Of a stretch of 64,000 nucleotides of DNA, positions 27,901 to 39,900 are shown piece by piece. The notes under the pieces are model-generated. The model made no database searches and was not told where the DNA came from. It saw only the letters and a program-made list of their open reading frames with translations. The translations under genes were made by a program, and so were the position numbers. The first letter of the stretch is position 1. Each line of letters opens with the position of its first letter. Source of the DNA: Nemertoderma westbladi (taxonomy: Eukaryota > Animalia > Xenacoelomorpha). The stretch spans positions 62,001 through 126,000 of the forward strand of contig JAUCBJ010000668.1 of assembly GCA_032718475.1 (NCBI GenBank), written 5' to 3'.

Positions 27901-30900
27901 ACCGGCGGTTTTTTTAGTTAAAACCAAGGTTTATCTTTTTCAGTGTAGGTACATAATACCCTTCATTTGAAAGATACATATCTATGGCCCTTTAGGCCGA
28001 ACGTACATATATACATATATATATAATATCTATATATATAATACCTTTTATTTATCTAATTATCAAAATTAGGAAAACTTATCAAATGGAAATTAAAAAG
28101 ATTTCCATCCCCAACATTATAGAAAGAAAAGAAAATCCCTCAAGTACATCAAATTATAACAAAAAACATAAAATATTATTTATCTTCAATTTGACTCAAA
28201 ATACAAAATACCCCGATCTAAACGGTGGCCCAGAAGTGGCAAAAGGAATTACAGATCAACCAGAGATTAGAAATATCTAGAGAGAAATTGTCTCTAAAGA
28301 GATAATTTATTAGTTTCGGCCTCGACTTCACCGTAAAATGCGCTGATTTTTCAAAATGTTTAGAAACATTTATATACCCCTAAATCCTACCGGTTTATAC
28401 TTACCTTAATGGTACCCGTATCGCATCCGTAAGCAAACTCGCCCGGGCGCCCCCTAGCGATAGCTCGTATCCTTCCGCCCTCTGGGCACCCCACGTAGAC
28501 CTGCTCACACGAGACGCCCTCTAGAACCTGGAATCGGTAATGATTGTCCCCCGCCCCAACCAACACTTTCCCATCATCCAACACTCCGTCCAGGTCTCGC
28601 TTCAGTACCGTGTGGGTCGTGTTGGGTTGCAGTTCCATGGCGTCCCAAATCTGAAACATTCCGAATCAATAATCAATGAGATATCGAGATAATACACCAT
28701 GAAACATAATAATAGTGTCATTTTCAGATGACACAGACAGACCTATTAAGTTTCGTTAAGCGTATTAAAAATAAAGTGTCTTTTGTGAAATCTGAATTTC
28801 GTTGAGAAACAGCTGAGATATAGGAGTTGAAAGATTACAAGAATTATCGTTCGATGGAGGCCATGTAATATATTTAATAAATAGAAATACACAACATTCG
28901 CGAATTATTTATATTATCTCTTGCGATTCATAATTCGTTGATATTTCAATTTTCGAGCAATAATTTGTAAAAAACAATTTGTAGAACAATATGGCAAGGG
29001 GTGTCTGAGTAATCAGAAAATGACATTATATTCTGGGATCATAGTGTATAATATAGGATATGTTTTGAAAGTTTCTAATAACTACAAAATATATCCATAA
29101 TTTATTAAGTTACTCACCATGACTGTTTCGTCATCAGAAGCCGATATAATTTTCCTACCGCAGTGGCTGAAGGCGACCGAGTAAACCCAACTAGTGTGCA
29201 TATTGAGAGTGCTAATTATCTTGCCACTTACCGCATCCCATATGCGAATCTATATGAATAAATAGAAAACCTTATACCAGTTAGCGCATCCAAAATAATT
29301 CGTCCAAGGCATACTAAGGGGGGACATCTCAGTCTGAATAAACAAGAATAAGTTCAACAATTAACTATAACTTCAAGAAAAAAACTAACCGAGAATGAAT
29401 TGAGACCTCCAGCTAATGACCGACCGCTGGGGTGGAAGGCTAGACTTTGTACTGTAGATGCGTCACCAGTGGTGCACTCACAACGACGCTTTGAGGTAGT
29501 ACTTGTACTTGATTGGCTAACCGCATCCCAAACATGAACCTCACCCCAACAGGAAGAAGCGATGGTGCTGGAATCGGGGGACCAACACAGGTTGGAGACC
29601 ATATTCCTACAAAATAGAAACTATTGGTAAACTCATATTCAGTTACACAATATGTACCACATAGTTTTTGTTTGCACTACAATTTCGTGCGCAAAATCAG
29701 AATAAAAGTTAAATAACTTAATCACACTAAAATATTCTTAGTGATTTACATACACCAATATGCAGTGCCATGCGATATAAAGTAATGAGTATTTTAAAAA
29801 GTGGTAGAAATCGCTATAAAATTTTACTGCCAAAACCAAGTACCACACCCTGTCCTGCCGAGGGTCTTGATAACGCAGATGAATTAGGAATTTATGGCAT
29901 ATCGCGAATTGTGGAAGTGTTGAGTTGCGGGCACGGTCGAATATGCAGCATCCTAGGCATGTAGAAGGTAGACGTATGATAATAATGTCAGTAACAACTT
30001 TAGATACACTGACTGCGACTCCCAGACCCCCACTAACCTATGACCGATGTATGCCAGTAACAACTCGAGACACACTGACAGTGACACCAACTAACCTATG
30101 GCCAGTGTATGTCAGCAACAACTCGAGACACACTGACTAACCCCCACTAACCTATCCATACCAACCAACCACCAAGGTTAAGGCTGAATCACCAGCCGAT
30201 CGCCTCAATGGTTGGAAGGCCCACTTTGAAAAGCTCCTCAATAATGACAGGGTATTGCCTGATCACTTTATAGAAGTAAAAGTGTCTGAGTCTGTACTCC
30301 CAGATATTCCCATTGGCGATATCTCCTTTGCAGAAGTGAACGCTGCTGCAAAGAGCATCAAGACCAATCGTGCCAGTGGAGTAGATGGTGTTCCCCCTGA
30401 GGTCTTTAAAATACCTGAGTGTTTAAAGCTCATCTATCCTATCATAGTAGACATGTACCGAACAACAAGAGTCCCACAAGAAAAGAAAACAAATATGTTG
30501 GTGCCAGTTCCCAAGAAGGGTAACCTAACACTCTATGGTTCTTTTCGGGGAATCTCATTGATCTCGATTGCTGCAAAGCTATACAATAGAATTCTATTAA
30601 ATCGCATGAGGGATCCCATTGAAGACTGCTCCGTGGAAATCAGAATGGGTTCCGTAAAGGTCGTGGGACCATGGAGCCCATTTTGGCACTTAGAAGGATA
30701 ATTGAAGAGTTATCAAAAAAGAAAGACAGGCATCTGGCTGCTTTGTTGACTTCTTCAAGGCCTTTGATGCAGTCTCTCGCTCACGTATATTCAGCATACT
30801 TTCATTATATGGGATTCCTGATGAAATTATTGCAGCAATAAGATCAGTATACGATGGTTCGACAACAGTTGTGTCTACTGTTGACGGTGACACAGAACCA

Positions 30901-33900
30901 TTTTAAGTGTTATGGGGCATCCTCCAGGGAGACATACTTGCACCATTCTTGTTCATAATTGTGGTTGACTATGTTCTACGCATGTCCTTAGATCATCATA
31001 ATGATGATGGGGTGATGATAACTCCACCTACTGGCTCCAGAAGTCGAGGAAATCTTGCCAAGTACCTAACTGATCTAGACTTTGCTGATGACTTAGGAGT
31101 ACTCTCAGAATCACTAGAGGAAGCCCAACGGCTCCTCAGCTCATTGGAGCATGCTGCTTCTAGTGTTGGTCTTTTTATTAATTCCAGAAAAACCAAAATT
31201 TTGACAGTTAACTTTGAAAGTCCTCAGCAAGTCTCTGATCGGATGAGCATAAGCTCAAAGGATGGTATGCTTGAGCATGTGGACGACTTCTGTTACCTGG
31301 GATCATGGATCCGGAAGTCAGGTGAGGACCTTCGAATACGTAAGGGAAAGTCATGGGCAGCCTTGAATAGGCTTTCCAGGATTTGGAAGTCACCAAGAAT
31401 TAATCGGAAACTTAAGGTCCGGTTATTTAGAGCAGTAGTAATTCCAGTACTCCTCTATGGGAGTCCATGCTGGGCTCTAACTGCTGAGGACACCAAATCT
31501 TTGGATGGCACATTTACAAGAATGCTACGCCGGGTTCATTGCGTCAAGTACAATGCACACATCTCAAACTCAACACAATCTATATAACATTGGAGGTGTC
31601 TCATTGGTTCACCCAAGCTTGACACTAGAACAAAATAGCAAGCTTTGCAGAACATTGCTTTCGCCGTGAGGACCAGCCAGTGCATAATCTTGTACTTTGG
31701 TAGCCTCATGGAGTGAATAAGCATGGTGGACAGCCCATGACTTTCTTGAGACGCATCTTAAAGGACACTGGCCTTGAAGATGCGGATGATCTAGCAAATG
31801 TCATGGGTGATATGGAGTTGTGGCGGTGCAATTTTGTCGACAAGCCGGCACAGCATTCTTAAAAATGCAGCTGCAATGCAGCATGCCGATCCTAGCAGTA
31901 GTAGTAGTAGTAACCTATGAGCAGTGTATGTCAGTAACAACTCGAGACACACTGACAGTGACACCCACTAACCTATGACCAGTGTATGTCAGTAACAACG
32001 CGAGACACATTGACAGTGACACCCACTAACCTATGACCAGTGTATGTCAGTAACAACTCGAGACACACTGACAGTGACACCCACTAACCTATGACCAGTG
32101 TATGTCAGTAATGTGATGATCCGATGTGGGATCATAAACAAGATAAGTTGATATAAGCAAAGCAATATTGTTTATATTAATATAATACATGTAAGCAGGT
32201 AAAATAGCAGTATTGCTGTAATCCAGCATGCAGTACAGCAGTAGTCCTGTAGTCATGATTAGACTACAGGACTGCAGGATTGGTCAGGCTAATATATATA
32301 TAACAGTACCGGTAAAAGGTACAGACTACCAGAATATATCATACAGTATCTAAACGTAGTAAGCCATGCATTGGGTCAGTCTCAAGGGATCTCCACACCC
32401 CCCTTCTAGCTGAGCGTAGGTGACCTATGGCGCAGCTAAACTAAAGATAGTCTGGGGGGCGGATTTTTCGCTGGCTGCGCCGTTGTGGTAAAGGCAAAGG
32501 CTCAGGTGCGAATTGTACACGCCGCTCTGGCTGTGGCGCAGTGGTGGTGGTGGGGTCAGTTGAAACCTGGGTTTGCGGTGGTTGAGTGGGTTCCAGGGTT
32601 GGGGTGGGGTGGGGAGGTGTAGCTGGGCGTAGAAAGCGGCGGTTACGGCGGTACACACGCCCACTCGCTAGTTTAATCTTATAATCTCTGTGGGGCCCAA
32701 CCTGTACGATGGTGCCAGTACGATCCCAACGCTTAGTGTTGGGGTCTTGTAGTAGAACTGTGGTTCCCAGGTAGAGACGGGGAAGGCCACGGGTGTGCTG
32801 GTCATGGGCTGCCCGTTCAGTTGCCTTAACATCTGAGCGACGGTCAGCCACCTCGGCGATAGTACACCACTGGGGGGCGTAAGTTGTGTGATGTGCCGGT
32901 ACGAGGGAGCGTAAGGGGGCACCGAATACAATCTGTGCAGGGGACAGTCCTGTGGAGTTCGGAGTGTTACGCCATTCCAAGAGGCCCTGGTTGAATGCAT
33001 CTGTTAGGAATCCAGACTTCTTAACCAGGTTCTTCATCGCTTTGACTGCCGCCTCGGCGTGGCCATTGGAGGATGGGTTGTAGGGTGAGGAAGGTGAGAG
33101 GGAGACACCCCAACATTGGGCAAAGGCACGGAAGTCATGGGCGTCAAATTGGGGTCCACCATCAGTGCGGAGTCGTATAGGTACTCCAGTTGCAGAGAAT
33201 TCACGTGAGAGGGCCCTGGTGACTGCAGATGCTGTGGGAGGGGACCTCCACTCCGTGACACAGGGCCATCCAGAGAACCGGCAGGTGTAGACGAGGTAGC
33301 TACGTCCACTAACATCAAATAGGTCTGCAGAGGTGTCCTCGAATGGTCTGCTTGGTTGGTCCTCCTGGAGTAGTGGTTCACGGGGCTGGCTCGGGCGTGA
33401 TTCCTGGCAGAGGCCACATGAGTCCACCATGTGACGGATGTCTTCACCAATATTAGGCCAGAAAACGGCGAGGCGCGCACGACGCTTTGTACGTTCAACT
33501 CCCTGGTGGGAGGCATGAAGTCGCTGGAGCACACCGGGGCGCATTCCCATGGGGACTACTAGTCTATTATCATAGAGGACAAGGCCAGTGTCCCAGGAAA
33601 GTTTATCCCGCAGTTTCCAGTATGGGAGGAGCGCGCCCATAGGTTTAATGGGGAAACCACTCTGAACTGCATGGAGGAGTTCCTGGTATGTTGGGTCCAA
33701 ACTCGCAGCATCCTTGAGAGATATAATGAGGGAGTCCACCAGGTGTGTGGATGATGATAGGGATGTGGCGAGGGCTGAGACAGTGGCAGGGGAGTAGACT
33801 AGGTCCAGTTCATCTGCCAAGTCCTCTGCAGTAGGGTCTGCAACTGGGGCGCGGGACAAGGCATCCGGGATACAATGGGATTTCCCAGCAGCCCATATGG

Positions 33901-36900
33901 TATGGAAGGAGTAGGCCATGGTGCGCTCCTTAAGGCGTTGGAGGCGAGGGTTCTCCACCTCATCCAGTGTGTGGTGATCGAGGATGGAAACGAGGGGCCG
34001 ATGATCGGTGACTATTTCAAAGTCTGCCAGGCCAGAGAGGAATATACGGCACTTGCGGAGTGCCCAGGTGACTGCAAGCAGCTCCAGCTCAACCATGGCA
34101 TACCGCCCCTCTGTCTCTTATAGACAGATATTTAGCACCAGGGGTGGGGGCAGTGGCCTCATTGACTGCACAGGTGTCTGAGGGTGCTGAATGGCCATAG
34201 CAGTTGCCATGAGTGGCTGAGGGACTGCGTCATGGTACCTAAGTATCCCCAGTTCAGTGCACGTTCTCCAGGAGAGAAGGATGCCATCATACTCCCGGCT
34301 GATAAGGAAGGATGTGGAGAGAGAGCGGTTCTGGAAGGAAATAGTGAGGGGCAGGGAGCCACCAATATGTAGTGAGAGACCATTGGCTGCTTCTACCTGC
34401 TGAGCCGACTCATGTAGTCTGTCTGGCTGTTCCCCAAACCGACCAACTAATGTTAAACCCATAATATTCACATCGGAACCAGTGTCTGGGAGAACCAGTA
34501 GTGTACAGCTGCCACGCGCTCCAGAAATTGTGACAGAGACTAATGGGGCCGGTACTGGTCGTTCGGGGCGTGTGCCATGTGATGTGGAGTCAGTGATCTG
34601 ATGGGTTCGAAGAAGGCCAACTTTCCCATGAGTAGCAGCAGGGGCAGAGCTGCGACACATCCGCTGCAGGTGGCCGCGACGCTGACAGTTAAGACAGATA
34701 ACCTCATAAGCAGGACAGTCGGACCGGGTTGTGTGAGGGGTGCCCCCACAATTTCCACATTGCCGATCCACAGAGCGGTGACTGCCCCGGCGGCGGCCAT
34801 TGTCTCGGGGCAGTTCCCGGGAAGTTGCACGGTACACGGAGCTAGTGGGGCCACCAATGCGAACGTTTGCATGTTCCCTCGAAGCTGCCTCCTCAGCCCG
34901 AGATATGTCGATAACTTCCGGGAGATCTGGGAACGGAGTGCGAGCGAGTAGTTTCTGCTTCGTCTCTGCACAGAGCAGGCCAGCAACAAAGCGAACAGCG
35001 ATTTGGTGGCTGCGGCAGTGGGTGCAAAGTTCTGCCCCCAAATCCTCCAAGGCGATCCGGTATTCATCGACAGTTTCCCCTGGCCGTTGGGATCGGTTAA
35101 TGAAGTTGACATAGTCGAGGGCAAGGTTGGATTGACCCCGAAGATAAACCTGAAGGGCATCGAGGACAGTACTTGGGGCGAGTGTGGGGTCGCTGAGGTC
35201 CAGGGCACAGTTTACTTCGACTGACCGAGCGAGGCGGGTTGTAAAAGTTCCTAAAAGAGCTGCCGTTTGCTCGTCCACAGGGTAGGAAGTCAGTCTGTGC
35301 TGGCGGACGAAGAATTCCCACTGACGCCGCCAGGTGCGGAACTCTGGCAGTCGGATATCGGCGTCCAGTCGCTCAAGTGCGCGTGTATCAATGACACGTG
35401 GGGGATGCCGGGGGTTGGGGCCGTGATCACCGGCTGTAGGCATGGTGGGTGGTGCCAGAGGGATAGCTGCACGGGGAAGCAACGCCTCGATTAGGGCTGC
35501 AAGGCGCTCATCTGCACGGCGTGCATCCTCTCGGCGTTGTTCTTCGACAACTCGGCGGTATTCCTCTGTCTCGCGTCGATGCTGATCATCGGCAACCCGT
35601 TGGTGATCGGTAAGCGCACGGAACAGTTCGTCGTATGACAGTTTGCGTGTGTGGTGCGTCTTGGGCGACACAGTAGCAGACACGTCGGACTCCGACAGCG
35701 TGCCATCCCGGTCATCGGTGGCTGGAAGTGTGGAGTCATGGGAGTAAGCCATGAGAGTCACGTAAGTTTATAATAATCGCAGCGCCATGTGATGATCCGA
35801 TGTGGGATCATAAACAAGATAAGTTGATATAAGCAAAGCAATATTGTTTATATTAATATAATACATGTAAGCAGGTAAAATAGCAGTATTGCTGTAATCC
35901 AGCATGCAGTACAGCAGTAGTCCTGTAGTCATGATTAGACTACAGGACTGCAGGATTGGTCAGGCTAATATATATATAACAGTACCGGTAAAAGGTACAG
36001 ACTACCAGAATATATCATACAGTATCTAAACGTAGTAAGCCATGCATTGGGTCAGTCTCAAGGGATCTCCACAAGTAACAACTCGAGACACACTGACAGT
36101 GACACCTACTAACCTATGACCAGTGTATCCGTAACAACTCGAGACACACTGACAGTGACACCCACTAACCTATGACCAGTGTATGTCAGTAACAACTCGA
36201 GACACATTGACAGTGACACCCACTAACCTATGACCAGTGTATGTCAGTAACAACTCGAGACACACTGACAGTGACACCCACTAACCTATGACCAGTGTAT
36301 GTCAGTAACAACTCGAGACACACTGACAGTGACACCTACTAACCTATGACCAGTGTATCCGTAACAACTCGAGAAACATTGACAGTGACACCCACTAACC
36401 TATGACCAGTGTATGTCAGTAACAACTCGAGACACACTGACAGTGACACCCACTAACCTATGACCAGTGTATGTCAGTAACAACTCGAGACACACTGACA
36501 GTGACACCCACTAACCTATGACCAGTGTATGTCAGTAACAACTCGAGACACACTGACAGTGACACCTACTAACCTATGACCAGTGTATCCGTAACAACTC
36601 GAGAAACATTGACAGTGACACCCACTAACCTATGACCAGTGTATGTCAGTAACAACTCGAGACACACTGACTAACCCCCACTAACATATAATCAGTGTGT
36701 GTCAGTAACAACTCGAGACACACTGACTAACCCCCACTAACCTATGACCAGTGTATGTCAGTAACAACTCGAGACACACTGACAGTGACACCCACTAACC
36801 TATGACCGGTGTATGTCAGTAACAACTCGATGACCAGTGTATGTCAGAAACAACTCGAGACACACTGACAGTGACACCTACTAACCTATGACCGGTGTAT

Positions 36901-39900
36901 GTCAGTAACAACTCGAGACACACTGACAGTGACACCCACTAACCTATAACCAGTGTATCCGTAACAACTCGAGACACACTGACAGTGACCCCCACTAACC
37001 TATGACCAGTGTATGTCAGTTTACAACTCGAGACACACTGACAGTGACACCTACTAACCTATGACCGGTGTATGTCAGTAACAACTCGTGACACACTGAC
37101 AGTGACACCCACTAACCTATGACCAGTGTATGTCAGTAACAACTCGAGACACACTGACAGTGACCCCCACTAACCTATGACCAGTGTATGTCAGTTTACA
37201 ACTCGAGACACACTGACAGTGACCCCCACTAACCTATGACCAGTGTATGTCAGTAACAACTCGAGACACACTGACAGTGACATCCACTAACCTATGACCA
37301 GTGTATGTCAGTTTACAACTCGAGACACACTGACAGTGACCCCCACTAACCTATGACCGGTGTATGTCAGTAACAACTCGTGACACACTGACAGTGACAC
37401 CCACTAACCTATGACCAGTGTATGTCAGTAACAACTCGAGACACACTGACAGTGACCCCCACTAACCTATGACCAGTGTATGTCAGTTTACAACTCGAGA
37501 CACACTGACAGTGACCCCCACTAACCTATGACCGGTGTATGTCAGTAACAACTCGTGACACACTGACAGTGACACCCACTAACCTATGACCAGTGTATGT
37601 CAGTAACAACTCGAGACACACTGACAGTGACCCCCACTAACCTATGACCAGTGTATGTCAGTAACAACTCGAGACACACTGACAGTGACTACCACTAACC
37701 TATGACCAGTGTATGTCAGTAACAACTCGAGACACACTGACAGTGACACCCACTAACCTATGACCGGTGTATGTCAGTAACAACTCGAGACACACGGACT
37801 GTGGAGCCCAGACTTTCACTGTGCCATCCACAGAACAACTCGCTATGGTATTCCCATTGGGTGAGAAGGAAACGTCTTTCACTGCGTCGAAATGAGCGCA
37901 CCAATCAAATGTAACGAGCTGCATTTCTCCTTCAGTTGACAAGTCTATCACGGTAATGGAGCCTAGATCGACACAATTATAAGTATAAACCCAGTTATAT
38001 AAGATTAGAAAACAATTTACACAATAAAGTACGAAAAAATAACTAGAAAAGGGCCTAGCGGCCCATGGAGGAACCGCCTATGGTCAACCACGTCTATTAA
38101 AACAAAACTCGTAACTGTTTCTTCGCATGCTCTGGACAAGTTTCGTTTAAGTCTAGACGAAATTTATTACAGTACAGTATGTTCCATGGTTTTGGCCAAT
38201 AGGAGAACTCCCATACCTATCATAGACCGCTGACCAAACCATGGATCTTGACCCACATGGGGTGTAGAGACCACTGTATGTGATGTTCCTATCGAGTATG
38301 GGCATATGTTTCGTTTATGTCTAGTCGAGATTTATTGAGTGTATGAATGGTCCTTCGTTCAACCCTATCTGGCCCGGGCTATTATACAACGTAATTGGCC
38401 CGGGGGGGGGGGGGGGGGGGGGGTCAGTTTATAATTTTTTAGATCTTGGTTCAAAAATTACAATTTTGATGCTATGAGGGTTTTCGAGGTCGCTGACCAC
38501 GATGAAAACAGGTTATAATATTTCTGGTAATGAAACCCAATTTTGGGGCCATTCTGGTGCCTAAGAACGAAAAGTACAAGTAGCACAAAATTATAAACTG
38601 CTAAATTTTGCTATTTTGCTGTTGGATAGCCCATTCAATTTTAGGAAAAGTCACAAAATCTCGGTTCTCCCAACAAACTTGAATCAAAGATACAGATAAA
38701 TTACAAAAAAATTTCTAAAATGACGCGCCCCGGGCCAAATAGGGTTAAGGTGTTGGATGTTCTCCTATCGAATACATTATGGAGAAGTTTCGTTTTAGTC
38801 TAGAGTTGAAAAAGAGTTGAAATAAGATTTGGTACATAATTCGGGCCCGAATAAGGGCCTCATATGCCTATAAAATCTTATAGTCCCCTGGCCGCTGGCC
38901 CAACCGGGTCGTGGTCCACCCAGGGTGATATGTGCATAACGTGGGGGATGTTCCTAGCAGGTATGGACGAGTTTCGTTTAATTCTATTTCTAGAGTCAGG
39001 GCCGTTCTATAGTTGAGATTTATCTCAGTTTCGGCCAATCGGAGTCGTTCCATTCGTAGAAATTGCCCCTTGCCCCCTGCGTCTGAAAATATTTGTGAGT
39101 GACCTTACATTTGGCCTATCTGTAACTATGGTCAAAAAATTAGGAAAATCGCTAGAGCCGATTTAAATGGCTGGTGATCACCAACTCGTTGTCAACACGG
39201 TTTAATTTCTAGGATTTCTTACAGAAAGTAACCTGGAGGTTCCTAACTATTGAATTCAAACCGTATAATCGATGAGTTTATATGATTACATACAGTACAG
39301 TGTGAAGGGTTTTACCACGACGAGTGTTAGCGAGGATTGTAAAGGAGACGAGAACTGCAATCTTATTAAGCACTGTATTACGATATTTTTTAACCCACAA
39401 CTACAATTCGGGTGGGTAAAATAAAACTTTGAACAGCGTGAGTGATTTAGTCTTAGACAATGCGGACGGGACATTTGTTTTATGAGAACTGAATTAGAAA
39501 ATTAATGCAATAAACAGAATTTCAGGCGCTAATTTATATCAGCTTCAGGGTTGTACCTTTACCTTACAAAGTGTGGTAACTTTGAAATGTCCCACAGTCT
39601 ACACCTTGTGAATAATAGGGCCGCCAGTGTTGAGATCCATACACAAATAGTCCAGCCGACCAGCACCCCCAATTAGCGATTACACTACAGTAGAACAAAA
39701 TCGCCTCCGCTTTGCAGGACATTGCTTTCGCCGTGAGGACCAGCCAGTGCATAATCTTGTACTTTGGCAGCCTCATGGAGTGAATAAGCATGGTGGACAG
39801 CCCATGACTTTCTTGAGACGCATCTTAAAGGGCACTGGCCTTGAAGATGCGGATGATCTAGCAAATGTCATGGGTGATAGGGAGTTGTGGCGGTGGAATT

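Larger units (their letters stand above)
24338..28003. mobile_element. TA-flanked non-autonomous TIR element rich in GGCCC motifs, with nested insertions
   Basis: TA-cgtttgggctgaagggcca ... tggccctttaggccgaacg-TA. The tggccc...ttcaaaattgatttattaaa...aagggccac block occurs at both about 24840-24940 and about 26495-26600. Confidence 0.6.
32112..36073 (-). mobile_element. Ty3/Gypsy LTR retrotransposon (Mag-like), RT deleted, recently inserted
   Basis: 286-bp TG...CA LTRs at 32112-32397 and 35788-36073, identical by eye. 5-bp TSD AGTAA (32107-32111, 36074-36078). PBS TGGCGCTGCG next to the 5' LTR (35787 downward). PPT AGAAGGGGGG at 32407-32398. Confidence 0.96.
29985..37795 (-). repeat. 58-bp minisatellite made of the last 38 nt of an Apaf-1 exon plus the first 20 nt of its intron; about 36 copies in three blocks (about 29985-30155, 31911-32111, 36074-37795) split by two retroelements
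   Basis: Plus-strand unit cagtgacacccactaacctatgaccagtgtatgtcagtaacaactcgagacacactga. The rightmost copy is coding (VCLELLLTYTGHR) and contains the real donor. Confidence 0.95.

Noticed and set aside
32425-35739. Numerous overlapping 60-220 aa ORFs within the Gypsy element
   Set aside because: Alternate-frame or antisense ORFs expected in GC-rich coding DNA; no motifs. None supplies the missing RT.
29985-37795. CRISPR-like appearance of the regular 58-bp, 43-bp and 22-bp arrays
   Set aside because: Units are head-to-tail with no unique spacers, there are no cas genes, and the context is spliceosomal and eukaryotic.
38041-39180. Possible Helentron/DINE-like element with internal agtttcgttta repeats surrounding the piggyBac MITE
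   Set aside because: It looks repeat-derived, but termini and family could not be established from this window alone.
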